From Phoronis australis (Eukaryota; Animalia; Phoronida), in the NCBI GenBank assembly GCA_002633005.1, contig NMRA01000008.1:626985-690984 (forward strand): a DNA stretch of 64,000 nt, written 5' to 3'. Shown piece after piece: positions 26,438 to 40,032 of the stretch (positions within the stretch are counted from its first letter, which is position 1; every line of letters begins with the position of its first letter). The position numbers and the translations under genes were made by a program. The notes under the pieces were generated by a model that ran no database searches, was not told where the DNA came from, and was given only the letters and a program-made list of their open reading frames with translations.

Positions 26438-28548
26438 AGGGTGGTGAGTTTCAATACTCAAGGCAGTACAGGCATCAGGGGATTTCCATGCAATTTATCA
26501 AAACCAATTTTAATTCAAAAAAGGATATGACGTTGCAGTGGAATGGTAGACATAACTTTGTATTTTTAAGACGAGGAAATGTTTTATACGGAAATGTGGG
26601 TTAAACTTTGAAGCGGCAAGCTGAAAGGAGTTCTTGACAAAATACTCAGGCTCTATATGATCATTTTGTATATTTTCATATTTTCAAAAATAGCTATAGT
26701 ACTGTAATACTTTAGCCTTCAGATGAACATGAGCGCCTTCTATTGCCACCTCTCATCAAAAGCGAGGAAGCCCGTTTATTGTTCTTGAGTACGTAATGAG
26801 GCCTCCCGACCACACTATACAAGTGGTAGAAAGTAATGAACATCGACTTACAAATTTGAACTTTTCCTTGCTGTTTTCCCAAATCAAAAGTACGCAGCAA
26901 AACAAAGAGATTATCCCGGCGCCTCTAACTCATGGCAAGGCAGATAAATCAATAGCGAAGCCGTGTGATTGGTTTCTTAATCCAACAATATTATTAAGAT
27001 TAATAATCAAATTATTCAATTTCACTGGCCTCTACGTTAATTCTCGCATATATCACAACTTAATGTCTGAATCAAACGACTTATTAACATGTTCATTCAA
27101 GTACTGGTAAGGCGATTATGACGGGTTAATCGCACCTGGACTGAGTGTGGTCCCTAAATCCAAACTGAGTAACACCGACCCAGTTTTTCATAACAAAAAA
27201 TACTGAAGAGATGTGAAAACGAGTCGTTGAAAAGAAACCAATTTACCAGCGAACACGATCAAATAATCCCGTTAACAAAAGCTCACGTAGATGATTCTTT
27301 AGTTATTTAGCAAGCAATATGTCCGAGAAGGAAAATTCTCAAATTTCATCACAAAAATAAATATAAAGAAAAAATTAGTCCATCACTAGTAGATGCTATA
27401 AAACTAGTCTATCACTAGTAAAATGATGCCATAAAACAACATTTCCCAAAGTTTCCGTTATTTGTAGCAAAGCCGTTAATGGACCTTTGAATATGGTAAA
27501 AATATGACACTTTTTAAAATTATTTTTGTGCCAAATAAGCGGAGAACGACCGTATTGCAATATGGCATCACTTAACAGATCGTGTTAGTAAGTACCTATA
27601 TATTTTTTATCAGAAAGACATTACCATGGTAATGTATTCCTTTTTATTCAATTTCAAAAGCATCGATTAGTGAATGCCTTTTCAAAATTTGAAAATTTAT
27701 AATTTAGACAATATTTAATATCGATAAGCGTTTAAGCTTTGTCGAGTGAATTAGTGCTTTTTATTAAATCTTTATACTAAAAACACGTTTGATTTATATC
27801 CGGAAGTTAAACGGATTATCGACAGATTAGTCGCTCGGTTATCAAACGCACAGCTCATCTGCGTTGAGAACGGTGCAGTAGGCTTCGCTTTTTCGAATAT
27901 AAGCATAAACCCATAAAGGCTTCAACATTTCAACGGAAGAGACAACGTTGAACACTTGGACGCCGATTTAACAAATTTAGTTCGCAAAAATATTAAAATA
28001 CTGTCGTGCTATTATTTGCTTTCAATATCACTACTGCAGTTAATGTTCTCAACAATGTCAAATCCATCTGAAAGTCTAAAGGTTGACTAACTTTCAATCA
28101 GCTCAGTGTGAAGTAAAATTTAAACGCACAGAAGTAATCAAACCTTGTTTCCAAGTTTATGATCTTTCAGTAATAGGCATTTAAACAAAAATCTAGATGT
28201 CTAAATATAATCGTGATCTTGCCTGGCTCTCGTGTGCACAGCCATCCGTCACAATGTAGTCAGGATTTTTTCAACAAAACTCGCAATTATAAAATCAATT
28301 TCTCTTTAACACAAACGTTGAATATTGACCATTATGGGCTCGTCGTTGTGCAAATTGTTCCATTAAACGTTTATAGACTTTTATTTGAGTAAATTATATA
28401 TTTTCACAATCGATTAAACCGTTGCGCACCATTTAGCGCGCTGTAAATGGGATTCTGACGGAAATATTTCTGATGTTTTTTCATCGCTCATTACCGGCGA
28501 TTAAAATCTTTCAATTCCAAGCTTTAATGGTCAGTTTTCATACATGTA

Positions 28549-28552
<4 letters not shown>

Positions 28553-28589
<37 letters not shown>
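28553..28589. repeat. (AG)n microsatellite
   Basis: Uninterrupted AG run seen directly. Confidence 0.97.
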
Positions 28590-28593
<4 letters not shown>

Positions 28594-31566
28594 ATTAATT
28601 AGACTTTGTGGATGCATCAGATCAACAACTTGACCAGGCAATTATGATATGATTTATCAAAAACTTGAAACATTTCTTTATACTCACATTGTAGATTGTG
28701 AAAACCAAACTCACTCCCTAAAAACTTCCATAAGCTTTGGGTGGACGATAACATTGTTTCCACAGCAACTAGTTCTACAGATTGACTTCCATAAAACGTT
28801 CAAGTTAACACTGAAGGTTCACTCACGTTTGTTATAACTTACCTAAGAAATGCTCAGTACGTTAATAAATGCGTTAGGACTGGCAACATTTCTGCATTTT
28901 CAAAAAGTCTTTCGAAAACTTATTTTACATTCCATACTTGTTACAGTAGAGTGAATTCACCGCTTGCGTTTATTTCACTTGACTTAGGACTCGAGAACCC
29001 CAGCGTCACCAATGAATGGATGTCTAATTTCAGATGGAGTGTGCCTCTGTGGAACTGCCATAACTCTGACTCGGATCCAGACGGAGGCAAGGGAGTACGA
29101 GGCCCTTGCTCGGTCACTTTCATGAGCAGGAACTTCAAACTACCCCCTATGTTTTTCGATTATCGCACCATTCCTTTGTTAAGAACCAGCATCCATGTCC
29201 GAGTGTAACTGAACAAAACTGTATGAAACACACCCCTGAATGTGACTGTTCATCGCCGTTTTTTTGAAAATGTTAATGAATCAAGAGTCTGAGCGTGAGA
29301 CTTGGTTGAGAGAATTGTACCCTGGCGTTATTAAGGCTTACTTCGTCAAAATCTGAAGCTCAGAAATTGCGCTCAAACAACTCAGCGGCATGTTCCCGAA
29401 ATTCCAATGGATTTAAGTATCTGATCAAATTGCTTGCTTTCATGAGTTGCTTATTGCTTGAAACAATTCATGTGGTTTTCAATTTCAATTCTGGTCTTCA
29501 TCTAAAACCTGAAGTGTACATTAACGTTGTTAATGAGGTGATGAATGCAAATTTGTGATCAGGACTACAATACCATATAACAAGGCATAAAGTTGATATC
29601 GTCTTCACTGTTAGTTTAATGATCTGCTGATTTCCTCAAATGATTTCAAATCAGTTGCTCCAAGTTTACGTTTGGTCAGTAAGTAAACGTCGCATGTTGT
29701 TGTTTCAGGATCACACAAATGCCCTCTGGCGGCCGACTTATCACTGGCCTCTTAAGTACGCGTGACTGAAGGTTTAAATTATGCCTTTTATCAGATATGT
29801 TTCAGATAAGTATAGTACGGCAAGTGTAACGGTGTAAGTATGTGTAGCTTCAGAAAAAATTTTTTCGATTACAAAAACATAACACAGTTGCTTTATTCGT
29901 AATCCAAAAGGACAGTGTCACTTGAAGCTAAGCTTTTGCCTGGTTCACATTAATAATATTCATACACATTTGTGGTTCGTTCACATCACGTTTATAAAAT
30001 AATTCTGTAGGCGCGAAGACAAAAGTTCATTCTTACGCAGCATATAAAGCGTCGGCAGTAATGATGTTTGCAGCAGTGAACACCAGATGGCGAAACTCTC
30101 CAGTAGCCGAATTCACAAATTCAGTCCAATAGAGGGAGAATGGGGACCCGGTTACAGGCCTAGTCTCCGACAACACTCTGGGTTAACAGTTCATTAGACG
30201 CAAGGATCTTTCGAAGGAGGTTAGTGTGATCATGTGCTTCGCTTGTAAGGTGACACTCAATAGTTTTTGAGCAACGGTTGAATTTAACTGCACCAATTTC
30301 ATTAAAAATTGGCGCCTGAGTTGGCTGGGCATTTTACAGTTTGCCGGCTACCAAGATTTGCTTGATTTTTTAGTCTGTTCTGACTGAAAGATTGTGAGTT
30401 GTTAACCCATTGACTCACCTTTTTGCTCAGTCGTGGCTTTTCTCAAGCGGGAAGTTGAAATTTACTAGCTGGAAATCGGGGTAGCCAAGTTTCGCTTTGT
30501 AAAAAATCTGGTTGTTCGACACCCACTTTTTTCCTGATTTCTGTAATCTGATAATCCGAACGCATTGTCTCTTACTTGATAGTAATCACCTGCGAAGGGT
30601 AGCTTTGAGGTGAAAACTGATTATTTGGGGTATTTTTGCTCGATTTTTAAGTACCCAGCTACCTTTCCGGTAGTCTTAAAGGATGGTGAATTCGACTTTC
30701 TAATCAGTTTCAATAAACTTTGTGCAAGATTTTTGTCTTTGGCTCAGTATATAATGTTCATATTTTCAGGTTTTCGTACATCCCATAGAACAGATTGTGG
30801 GAGCTGCCGAGACCTGGTTTTTCAAGCCCAAAATCAACAAAAACTGTTGAGTGTCACCTAAAACATGGCGATAGATATCTCGCGAAGTCTTGCGTGATCT
30901 TGCAATTTCGCGAGGTCTCGCGTCATGATGCAGAACGCACTGCTTCACGTTCTTGCTATACAAAACAATGAGTCTTTACAAAAAAGAGATTCATTGAACG
31001 CATTGGGAATCACTTAACAAATAGCGTGAGTATAGTACTGTCTAACCCGGCTATAAGATTCAATAACATAACCAAATGTCGTTGCATACGGGAAGCGTAA
31101 TTTAATATTATCTCAAAGAGCCAGGCAAAAACCGAACACCTGGCAGTCATGGTAACTTTTACATATGAAAATACACACCTACTTATATGCACGAACATCT
31201 GAGAAGCAAACCGAGCGAGTTATTTGACATGACGTGTCACAAATATTTTCAGTGTGTGGTATTGCCGAGTGGGAATGATTAAACAACACGCAAAACAGCA
31301 TTCATTACATGATTACAATGCCAGAGAACTGTTATTAAAAAATCTTGCCATTAGTTTTAAAAATATTTTCCCATTTTTCGTGAAAATAAACTTTTTAAAT
31401 AATAAGCTAATTCAACTTTGAAAATTGCAATAGATGGCAATTTGTTGTGACCGTCTTGGCAGAGACAAAAATAGGTGCAGGTCATGTCGCAAATGCTTTG
31501 ATTTTATCTTAAATTCATGTACTTATTTTCGTACAAGGATGCTTGACTTGTTCACAGAAACGTCTA

Positions 31567-31725
31567 TTAATTTGAACCCGTTGGACAGTCTCTCTCCTTG
31601 CACACGCTCCGAGTGACCGGTGTTGGCTGACCGGAACACTGAATCTTCTCCAAAGGTGTCCCTCGAGTCTGGTCAATACACTGAACAGAGCGACTCCTGT
31701 AGCCGGTTGCACAAGTCGTTGAACA
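31567..31725 (-). CDS. ADAMTS-like exon 10 (last TSR, stop)
   Basis: Acceptor TTACTTCAG|TGT. Encodes CSTTCATGYRSRSVQCIDQTRGTPLEKIQCSGQPTPVTRSVCKERDCPTGSN then TAA. Joins WLAGPWTK of exon 9 to complete a TSR. Total CDS 1458 nt = 485 aa. Confidence 0.88.
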   Translation of the reverse strand, partial: CSTTCATGYRSRSVQCIDQTRGTPLEKIQCSGQPTPVTRSVCKERDCPTGSN

Positions 31726-31899
31726 CTGAAGTAAATCGCAAAGATCACTGGAATATGACAGCCGGTTTTCAATCATCATCTATCTATTTCATTAGATTAA
31801 TCTGAGCAATAGGCTCCGACATCTTCATTAGCTTTAAAAATTTATGTTTATTTGGTTCACGCCAGCACACTCAGGTATAAATGCAGTTCTCGGAGAACA

Positions 31900-34020
31900 G
31901 AACTTTTTAAAAACACATATGAAACGTTATTGATCTTCAATTAGGGACACACAGAAACAACACACATGGTATTTTTGGTCCAAAAAAGCATGTCTACCTT
32001 TCTCCATCATCAAGTTATGGTTGGAGCAACGTAATTTAGACATAGCTGCTAAAACGGTATATGGAATATCACACAACAGATAGGATTCCATTTCAAAATC
32101 AATTCTCCACAGCAAAGCTCCAGTCTTTTAAAAAAACAATCTTTAATTCGCTGCTCAAAAATGACAAGAAAAGATGCTTCGCAGCCAACTCCCTGATTGT
32201 ACCATACCAATCCAAAACCATTTCTTTGCAGCAAATTCCTAGCAGATGAAGCCCAATTTTTCCTACCAGCCTCATCCAATGTGACAAGCTTGTCATAGAC
32301 ATATTTTGGATTTCGATGTGCTGGCGTTTTAAAAAAATTAAACCAATACTTGATCAGTTTAACAAACAGCTTTACATAAATTGGATACCTTCCCAGTTCT
32401 CCCAGGTCAGCATGATTCGTACAGTTACTTCCAACACCCAGCAGTTGCTTACAGAATTTCAATTGGACGCGCTCGATACTAGAATATTCTTTAAATCCCC
32501 AAATCTCACTGCCATAGCTAATGACTGGGTATACCATTTCATCAAAAATCTCGAGTGCAATTTTCGATGAAAGTCGTCCACATTTTGTCTGAAAACTTTT
32601 AATTGAAAAAATTGCTTTCTGTGCCTGATGAGACGAAGTTTCTGTAGCTTGCGTCCAGACTAACTTAGGATTAAGGCAAATACCCGAGACGACATCAATT
32701 TTGTCATTTTCAAAATGCCATTTTTCGTATTCTCTCAATGGTCCGCCTTTTCTAAATACCATTATTTTTGTTTTTGTCAGGTTGACTTTCATACCAATCC
32801 TGACAGTATTCATGCAGAACGTTAATTTGTTGCTGTAGTTTAAATGCTGTCTCTGCACAACCAACCATATCATCAGCGTATAGCAACATACAAATTTGAG
32901 GTACATTCTCATTTACGTAAATTTCGCTATTTAAAGATTCTTTTAAGTAATCAACAAACTCGTTCAAATACATACTGAATAAAAAAACTATGCATACACC
33001 CTTGGCGTGTACCTTTATTATTGTTATTACTGAAAAAATCGACGCTCAGGTCTTACATATTACTCTCTTAGCTTTGAACCCATACTTTTCATCAATTTTA
33101 AAGACTATTGTGAATTCCTATTTTTTGTATCCTATTCCACAAAAAAAATGTGTGACGTGCTGTCAAAGACCCGAGACAAATCCATGTATATAGCATAAAA
33201 TCTTCCCCTGCGCTTACTCAAGTGCTTATGAACAATTCCTTGTAAGGTAAACATTGGGTCTATTGTACTATACCCCTTTCTAAAACCAGCCTGAGCTTCG
33301 TTAAATAAGTAGTTATCGTTGGCCCAACTTGTTAGACGAGCGTTTATAAGTTTCATAAAAATTTTCCCGAAACCAGGCAGCAGTGAAATACCCCGATAAT
33401 TATTTGCATCATTGACGTCCCCTTGCTTATGCAAAGGTGAAAATATAGCGTCACACCATGACTGACGAAATTCCCCTGATCGTAGAGCACTATTAAAAAT
33501 GTTTGTCAAAACAGGTGCTATATAATCTTTGGTGGACTTAAAGAATTCATAAACGAGTCCGTCAACACCGGAAGCTTTACTGTTTGGTAGGTCTTGAAGA
33601 GCGACAAAAATATCACTGTCGCTAAAATCACGATTCAGTTGATTTGGGTCATCTACCAGACAGTCATTACAATACACATCATGACTTGCCAAGTTTCTTT
33701 CTACTTGTCCAAGCATTTGTCCATTATCAGGATTTTCTTGGTTTAAGAGTGACTGAAACTGGCAAAACTATTCATGGCAGAAATAGAAGTATCTGACGTC
33801 ATTTTCCTAGAGCATGATTTTACTAGCTGCCAAAACTCTCTGGGATTGTTAACATTTCAAAGATTTTTCTCAGGCCATCTTTAAATAACTTTTCTTATGA
33901 CTTAAAAGTCACTTTAAAGTTTTGTCGCGATTCTTTGTACTTATTAAAATTAACCTGATTATTATAGTGTCGGAAACCAGACAACGCACAATTTCTCTCC
34001 ATTTTCAGCACCTCTAACTC
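31900..34020 (-). mobile_element. Decayed non-LTR retrotransposon ORF2 (RT domain; L2/CR1/RTEX-like group), frameshifted
   Basis: ORF pieces: KASGVDGL..EFFK, NYRGISLL, EAQAGFRKGYSTID (33132-33716); MLLYADD (32752-32973); KTKIMVF, YGSEIWG, GELGRYP (32049-32912); KLRCSNHNL...C..C (31927-32115). Lies in intron 9 of the ADAMTS-like gene. Boundaries approximate. Confidence 0.9.
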
Positions 34021-34734
34021 ATCATTTTCTATTGTCGTTTATAACTATCGCGGGTGAATGCAGGTTATCAGTCCAGTAGAAGGTGACATTTCTATTTTGA
34101 CAAAGATTCCCTACAAGGGTGGAAAGAACAGGTAAAACACAGAAAGCAGCCTCCCGCCCGTATAGACAAGTGACGCTTAAGACCATGCGCCTGTGTGCTA
34201 AACAATTGAACAAAACTATATTTCCCAAATATGTTATGTTACGTGTCCTTGACATGGACTTGAAGAGACATTATTGGTGAAAAAAGTGATTTTCAGAGAT
34301 CAGCCTGAGCGCGGAAAACCGCAGTTTTATCGCTCTAATGGCGGAGCTAAATCTAATACTCGGTAAATGGCAGAGTATTTCGAGCGTATTTAAAACTGGT
34401 AAAGTCACCCGCCTTGATTTCTGTGAGGGCTGAGCACAAAGAAATTAGGGATTTGTAATAAAATAACAAATCACAACGAATTTTGTTGTTTTATAGCTCT
34501 GCGATCAAAACTAGTAGCTTCAAAGAGTCATCCAATAGTACTCCCAAGATTCATTTTCGGCCGTAAAACAGATAATGCTAGGGGGCAGTCAGGCGATCTT
34601 CGGGGTTCTCAAATAGGTAACTAGTTTCTTTTGTCCCCAATAATTTATGCGATAGGAAACAAACTGATCGCACCAGTAACCCTTTTGTAAGCTTCGGTGC
34701 TTCCTAGTGATGTCTGTACCTGCTGACGCTTAGT

Positions 34735-35935
34735 TTTAGATTTATTTGGGACGGTAAACCCGATAAAATAAAAAGAGGTCGAGTACTCTTTAAATCCGTA
34801 GAAGAGGATGGAGTGAATATGATTGATGTCAGAAAATTTAACATGTCTTTAAAAATTTCATGGATAAGAAGATTCTTTTTAACAAAATCTCCATGTACGT
34901 ATTTGTTGCAAAAAGATATCGGCTTACTATGCTAAGCTATGGAGAGTATAGGTTAACTAGATTAGATAACTGTAACTCTTTTTGGAAAGAATGCTTCCAG
35001 TATTGGAGCTTTTTAGTTCACAAACAAACTATTTCAGGACACGAAGATGAGGCGTCAATTAATGTGTGGGCCAACAGCAACATTACGGTGGAATACAGCC
35101 CTTGTATTTATGAGTCATTCGTTGAAAAAGGTATAATATTTGTGAACCATTTTTAGATTAGAATCATTTATGGCAACTTTCACACTTTCGAAAGTTTCGA
35201 GACAATTCATCAGATTAATGTCAGCTTTCTCAAATACTATTCAATTTTTAGTGCAATGAAAAAATATTTGAATACGTTTTCCAAAAAATTAATTCTAAAA
35301 AAGGTATATGGACCACTTTTACCTTTTTCTCTAAAAAGGATGTCGAAATTCTTACCTTATTCTGTGCAAAAACGATATAACACCATCAGCACAAAAGAAA
35401 TTCGAAGCATTGGGATTTTCATTATCAGAAGATGTGGAATTTCTATTACAAACTTCTACACGAATGTTCGAACGACACAAAATTACTTTCCTTTCAGTTC
35501 CGCTTGTTGCGTAGAATTCTACCTACTATTTATTTTTTGAATAAGATTAGATATGTGGACTCAATTGCTTGTACTTTTTGTAAATACTTTCTCAAGACCT
35601 TAGAACATTTATTTTTTAATATGAATACCTTAACTCTTTCTGGCATAGGGTACGTTTCTAGTTAATGACTGCAATGCAAGTAAACTTTGAAATCGACAAA
35701 AACACAATTAAATTTGGTTTTCAAAATAAAGAGAATAGAAATTTTAACTGGTTCCTTTTACAAACTAAAATTTCCATCCATCTTTAAAATGAAATTTGCT
35801 AATGTCAAACCTGATTTAATATGTCTTAAATGTTTTTTGATGGTGTGCTTTAATGTAGAAGTCACTGCTTCTTTATACACACGGAAATTTAATGATACAA
35901 AAAATGGGAAGATTGGAAATGTGTTTTTGAAACAT
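34735..35935 (+). mobile_element. Decayed L1/Tx1-clade LINE 3' fragment (post-RT region with zf-RVT)
   Basis: FRFIWDGKPDKIKR...VNMIDVRKFNMSLKISWIRR from 34735, and KLLSFQFRLLRRILPT...CTFC...LEHLFF (35432-35665). Several stops and frameshifts. Confidence 0.82.
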
Positions 35936-35959
35936 GAAAGGAGCCAGAGAATTGACCAG

Positions 35960-36361
35960 GGCCCGGTCTCTAATCTTTGTACTCGAAACGAACTCGAAAC
36001 TATTTTTGGCAATTTCTATGCTCCTTTTGTGCGAACTTAAGATAATTGGTTATCAGACTGTGCTCGAATACATTATAGTTTATGCATAGGAGTTTCTAGT
36101 TCAAGTTTGCCCTTGAAGACCCTTATATTCGTGCTACAAACTCGAGTAACAACTCGAAATTTCGAGTTCAAACTCGAACTTATTGCTTTTAATATCGAAT
36201 TTACAAACTGTGAACTAAGGGCAATAAATTATCTACGAACGTTATTGTGTACTCGAGCATAGAATAATAGACAATTATCTTGAGTTCGCCCAAAAGTAGA
36301 GTAGAAAATGCCAAACCTAATTTCGAGTTCCATTTCGAGTAAAAAGATTGGAGACCGGGCC
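35960..36361. mobile_element. PIF/Harbinger-like MITE
   Basis: TIRs GGCCCGGTCTC...GAGACCGGGCC extending imperfectly for about 120 bp, flanked by a 3-bp CAG direct repeat (35957-59 and 36362-64). Confidence 0.8.
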
Positions 36362-37110
36362 CAGATGCCAGAACAGAAATTCAATTGGTATTTATTAAAT
36401 GCATGTAACTTGAACGTAACAATAAAATGTTTTCTCGCTTTTTTGCAGTTCAATACGTTGTTGTGTTGTGTATATTTGTACATGTACCTGTTTTTGTAAT
36501 AAATGTAAAAAAAAATCGAAATGATAGGGAATTTTGGTAAAATCACATGTAGGCGTAAACGGTAGCGTCTCTGTTTTTCATGGTTACGTTAACTTAAAGA
36601 ATTTCTTGAGCGTGTTTTTGTTGGTTTGCGGGCATTTGGATACCAAGACAATCCCACAAATAGTATAACAATCAGAGAAAATATGATCTAATCATGTGGG
36701 TTTCGTCGAATGAGACGTGAAGTAGCCTTTCGAGACATTTTGCATCACCTCAAGAACGCAGAATAAAGAACGGAAGGCCGAAAGTAGTTGTATTGAACAG
36801 CTAGGAGACGATGGATCGAACCGTTGACACAGCACAGGGATTCTTGGTGAGAAGACGAGTGAAAGTCAACAAGCCCAACAACGCATTACATTTGGCAATT
36901 TATGACTTATGTATGCTCAGAGTGATGGTCAAAATATATTGTATTAACCTCGGGCAAAGGTCACCGTAGCAACCAAATGCACGGGTATTGTTGGTCAAAG
37001 TAGGCTGTAAGGAATAATCACTAGAAGTCCTCACGTACGTTCTCTGACAGAAAACATTGAATTTTGCTAACATGTTCTAACAAATTTCTCATCAACTGTT
37101 AAGGATTTAC

Positions 37111-37279
37111 CTTAGTCCATGGCCCAGCTAGCCATGCTGGGCTGCATTTGTGTGGCGTGTGAGGACAAAGAGACGAATCCACTTCCTTCGTGATGTTTCC
37201 CGCCCCTCTTAAGATACACTTCGCTGGGCAGGTCCAGTTTTGGGAGTTGCAAGACGCTTGGCAGTTTGTTACTTCCCAA
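37111..37279 (-). CDS. ADAMTS-like exon 9 (degenerate TSR3 and start of TSR4)
   Basis: Acceptor GTTCGCAG|T. Encodes WEVTNCQASCNSQNWTCPAKCILRGAGNITKEVDSSLCPHTPHKCSPAWLAGPWTK. Donor AAG|GTAAAT, phase 0. Confidence 0.85.
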
Positions 37280-37936
37280 CTGCGAACACGAAAATTAAAA
37301 CATTCGATTACAAGGCTGACTTGAGGAAGGATTTGGGAGTCAATGAAAAACCTTGGACACGTTTCACTGTCTTTCAAACACGAGTCATTGACTGAAAAAA
37401 TAAATGTCACAGACAGCCAACACCACTCGCCAGAGGGTAACGAGATTTGCAGCTCGAGCAAGGTGTATTCCAGAACAGGGCTGCGTTCCGTAGAGAAGGA
37501 TTCTTGAGAGAAAAGCAAGATCATACAAGTCTTCGTGAGATGTCAAAATGAGTGACTGCAAATAGAGCACGTGATCACAGCAGCTTAACTAGCAAGTGCC
37601 TTGTGTTTACGGAAGGGGCGCAGTATTTGCAAAGATTCGTCTATTATGTGCAACCGGACATTAAAATCATGAATTTTGGCAAACTGCGATTGTGTAACGT
37701 CTTAAGATCAGAAGTGTTAGACGTGGGTCGTCTTAAGCTGTTTAATTCCTTGATACACTCTTTACTCTTTGTTTGCAGCGAACGCTCCAACATTTTAGAA
37801 TGAACCTTTACTCTGCAGGAGAAGGGTAACCTGCCGTTTTAAAGTTTAGCGACATAATGCTGCAGCTTTGTTAGAAACGGGTGATGTATGAATCACGGTA
37901 CCCATAACGCATCGATCACGTGCACATTGGCTTTAC

Positions 37937-38060
37937 CTTGGCGGACAGTCATGATTGTTGCAGGAAATGACCGACGATGGCCTTGTTACAGGATCACAAT
38001 TATTTGGATGGACTTGCTTTCCGCCACTGTCAACGCAAACAGCTTCCGTGTACTGCCAAC
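37937..38060 (-). CDS. ADAMTS-like exon 8 (TSR2 C-terminal half)
   Basis: Acceptor TTCTACAG|GT. Encodes GWQYTEAVCVDSGGKQVHPNNCDPVTRPSSVISCNNHDCPP. Donor AG|GTAAAG, phase 2. Confidence 0.9.
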
Positions 38061-39720
38061 CTGTAGAACGCATTATCAACACAATATCACACAAAACGGT
38101 TGAAACCATCAGACCTGCACATACCCTCGTGAGTCAACTCCCCAAGAATGCTTCATTATTTTGGTGGAATATGCAACTGAGATACTACATGTAGGATACC
38201 AACCTTTTTCATACAGGGAGAATGCCTAAAGGAGGCCATCTATACAGGGAGTTTCCGTGAGAAAAGCTATTCTTTGATAGAATTTTGTTCCCGTAACTTA
38301 AAGATATTGCGTAACCAAATCTCCCAATGTGATCCATTTAGTGGGAATATCAATTAAGAAACCCTTTTGTTGGAAGTTTCCGTGAACGATCCAACCCTTC
38401 TGAACGACATGCATGTATCACCTCTATACCTTACGGTGCAGTCCTGCCGGGCTTTGATAACTGTGTGACAATCCCGGCTTTAATAAGAAAGATTGCTTCT
38501 AATACTCTATCTGTACCATTCTCACAACTCACAAATACGGATATTGCCACACAAGTGTTGGTGATGGTAATTTCGACAACGACATACATTCCGCATCATT
38601 TTATACAGATGCAGTAGTCAAAACACGTTCCCACCTACGACCCCATGTTTTAAAAGTTTGAATTTTGTCGGATGTACCAACAAAATGGCCGCCAAAGTGA
38701 ATGACACCAGAGTTTACTGCAAACAGCCCCATCTGGAGAAAATGTGCATGATTAAATTCTAAAATTTTCCAAATTTCAAAGGAAATGAATACCAAAACCG
38801 TCAGTAAAGGTACAGTGTCAACCGCAAGCTCTAACTTTCAAGGACAATCGTACATTGATAATGGATATACTCTTTTTGTTTCAATTTGTATTGATAACAC
38901 CCCAGTGCATACTCGTCACTTCCAAATATACGTCTGGGTGTATATGTATATGTGGATTTGACTTTTGCTCGGAATTTGAATTTTCCGAATGTATACCCCT
39001 GACTTGTCAGCACAGAAATCCGGTATCGAAATTGATTCTTTGAAAATTAAGAGAAGAAGGTGTCTACCCCAGGACGTATATTCAGAAAAGGGTACTTGTA
39101 TTCAGAAAAGGGTACATGTTTACCTTTTCTGATACCCAAACGCAAGCCCGGACGTTCTTTCGGGGAAGTAGAGACTATGAATGGAGAATATATTATAAGT
39201 CATGATGGTGTAATTGCCTAGTAGTGAATATTTTCCCAAAACCGTATCATGATATAAACGGAGATCTGAAATGAATGTTACATTGCCTGTTGATTGATTT
39301 CTAAAACCTCGATTTGACTGACGCTCGCTAACACTGTTCAGTTTGGAATTCTTACAGATTATGGCTCCAAAATTTGTCTAATGTTGGGCGTATACTCGGA
39401 AAGTTCCCGGGAGAACCGCATTTGTAGGAAGTGTTTATTTGGAGAACTTGATGATAGTAGAAAGCAATAATCCGAAAATTTCCAGTTTCAATGATTAATG
39501 ATAAAAGTAATAAAACATGATACGAGTACAGTCTACGGTACATCTTCTGGTGAAAACAAAGTTAAAAAGCTTTGAATTAGAAACTGCTTTGGTTTCGTAG
39601 CCTCAAATTTTCCCTCAGAAGTGAAAGTTATCTGCGCTAAGATAGCGTTTATCCCCGGGGCGAAATTTGAGGCTACAAAAATAGGCACGATGAGTGTTCC
39701 GGTTGATCTTTTTCTCTTAC

Positions 39721-40032
39721 CTGACCCACAATTCTTGCTACACGCCGTCAGAGGTCGCGCTTCCCATCTGTGAAGTGTATTAACACTGCCTGGTATCGGC
39801 GTGAAGTACTCATAAGAAATCTCTGGCGATACACCTCCGTACACTTTATCATCATACCGTTGAAAGACTGATACTTCCAAAGTAGCATGATCAGGAATTC
39901 TTCGAACAAATATCACTTCGTCGCTGCCCCTCTCGTATCGAATATCGACGCCATCTTTATGATAAACACCAGTCATATGCTTCCGGTCGCTTTCGTCGGA
40001 ATTCAGTACATACCTGCCATTTACTTTTGCAG
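39721..40032 (-). CDS. ADAMTS-like exon 7 (spacer domain and start of TSR2)
   Basis: Acceptor TTTTTAG|CT. Encodes AAKVNGRYVLNS...DIRYERGSDE...PEISYEYFTP...WEARPLTACSKNCGS. Donor G|GTAAGA, phase 1. Confidence 0.92.

Noticed and set aside
29995-30120. Cys-rich frame (..HCCKHHYCRRFICC..) as a PLAC terminal exon of the ADAMTS-like gene
   Set aside because: Immediately preceded by an in-frame TGA, no suitable acceptor, the Cys spacing does not fit PLAC, and exon 10 already has a stop.
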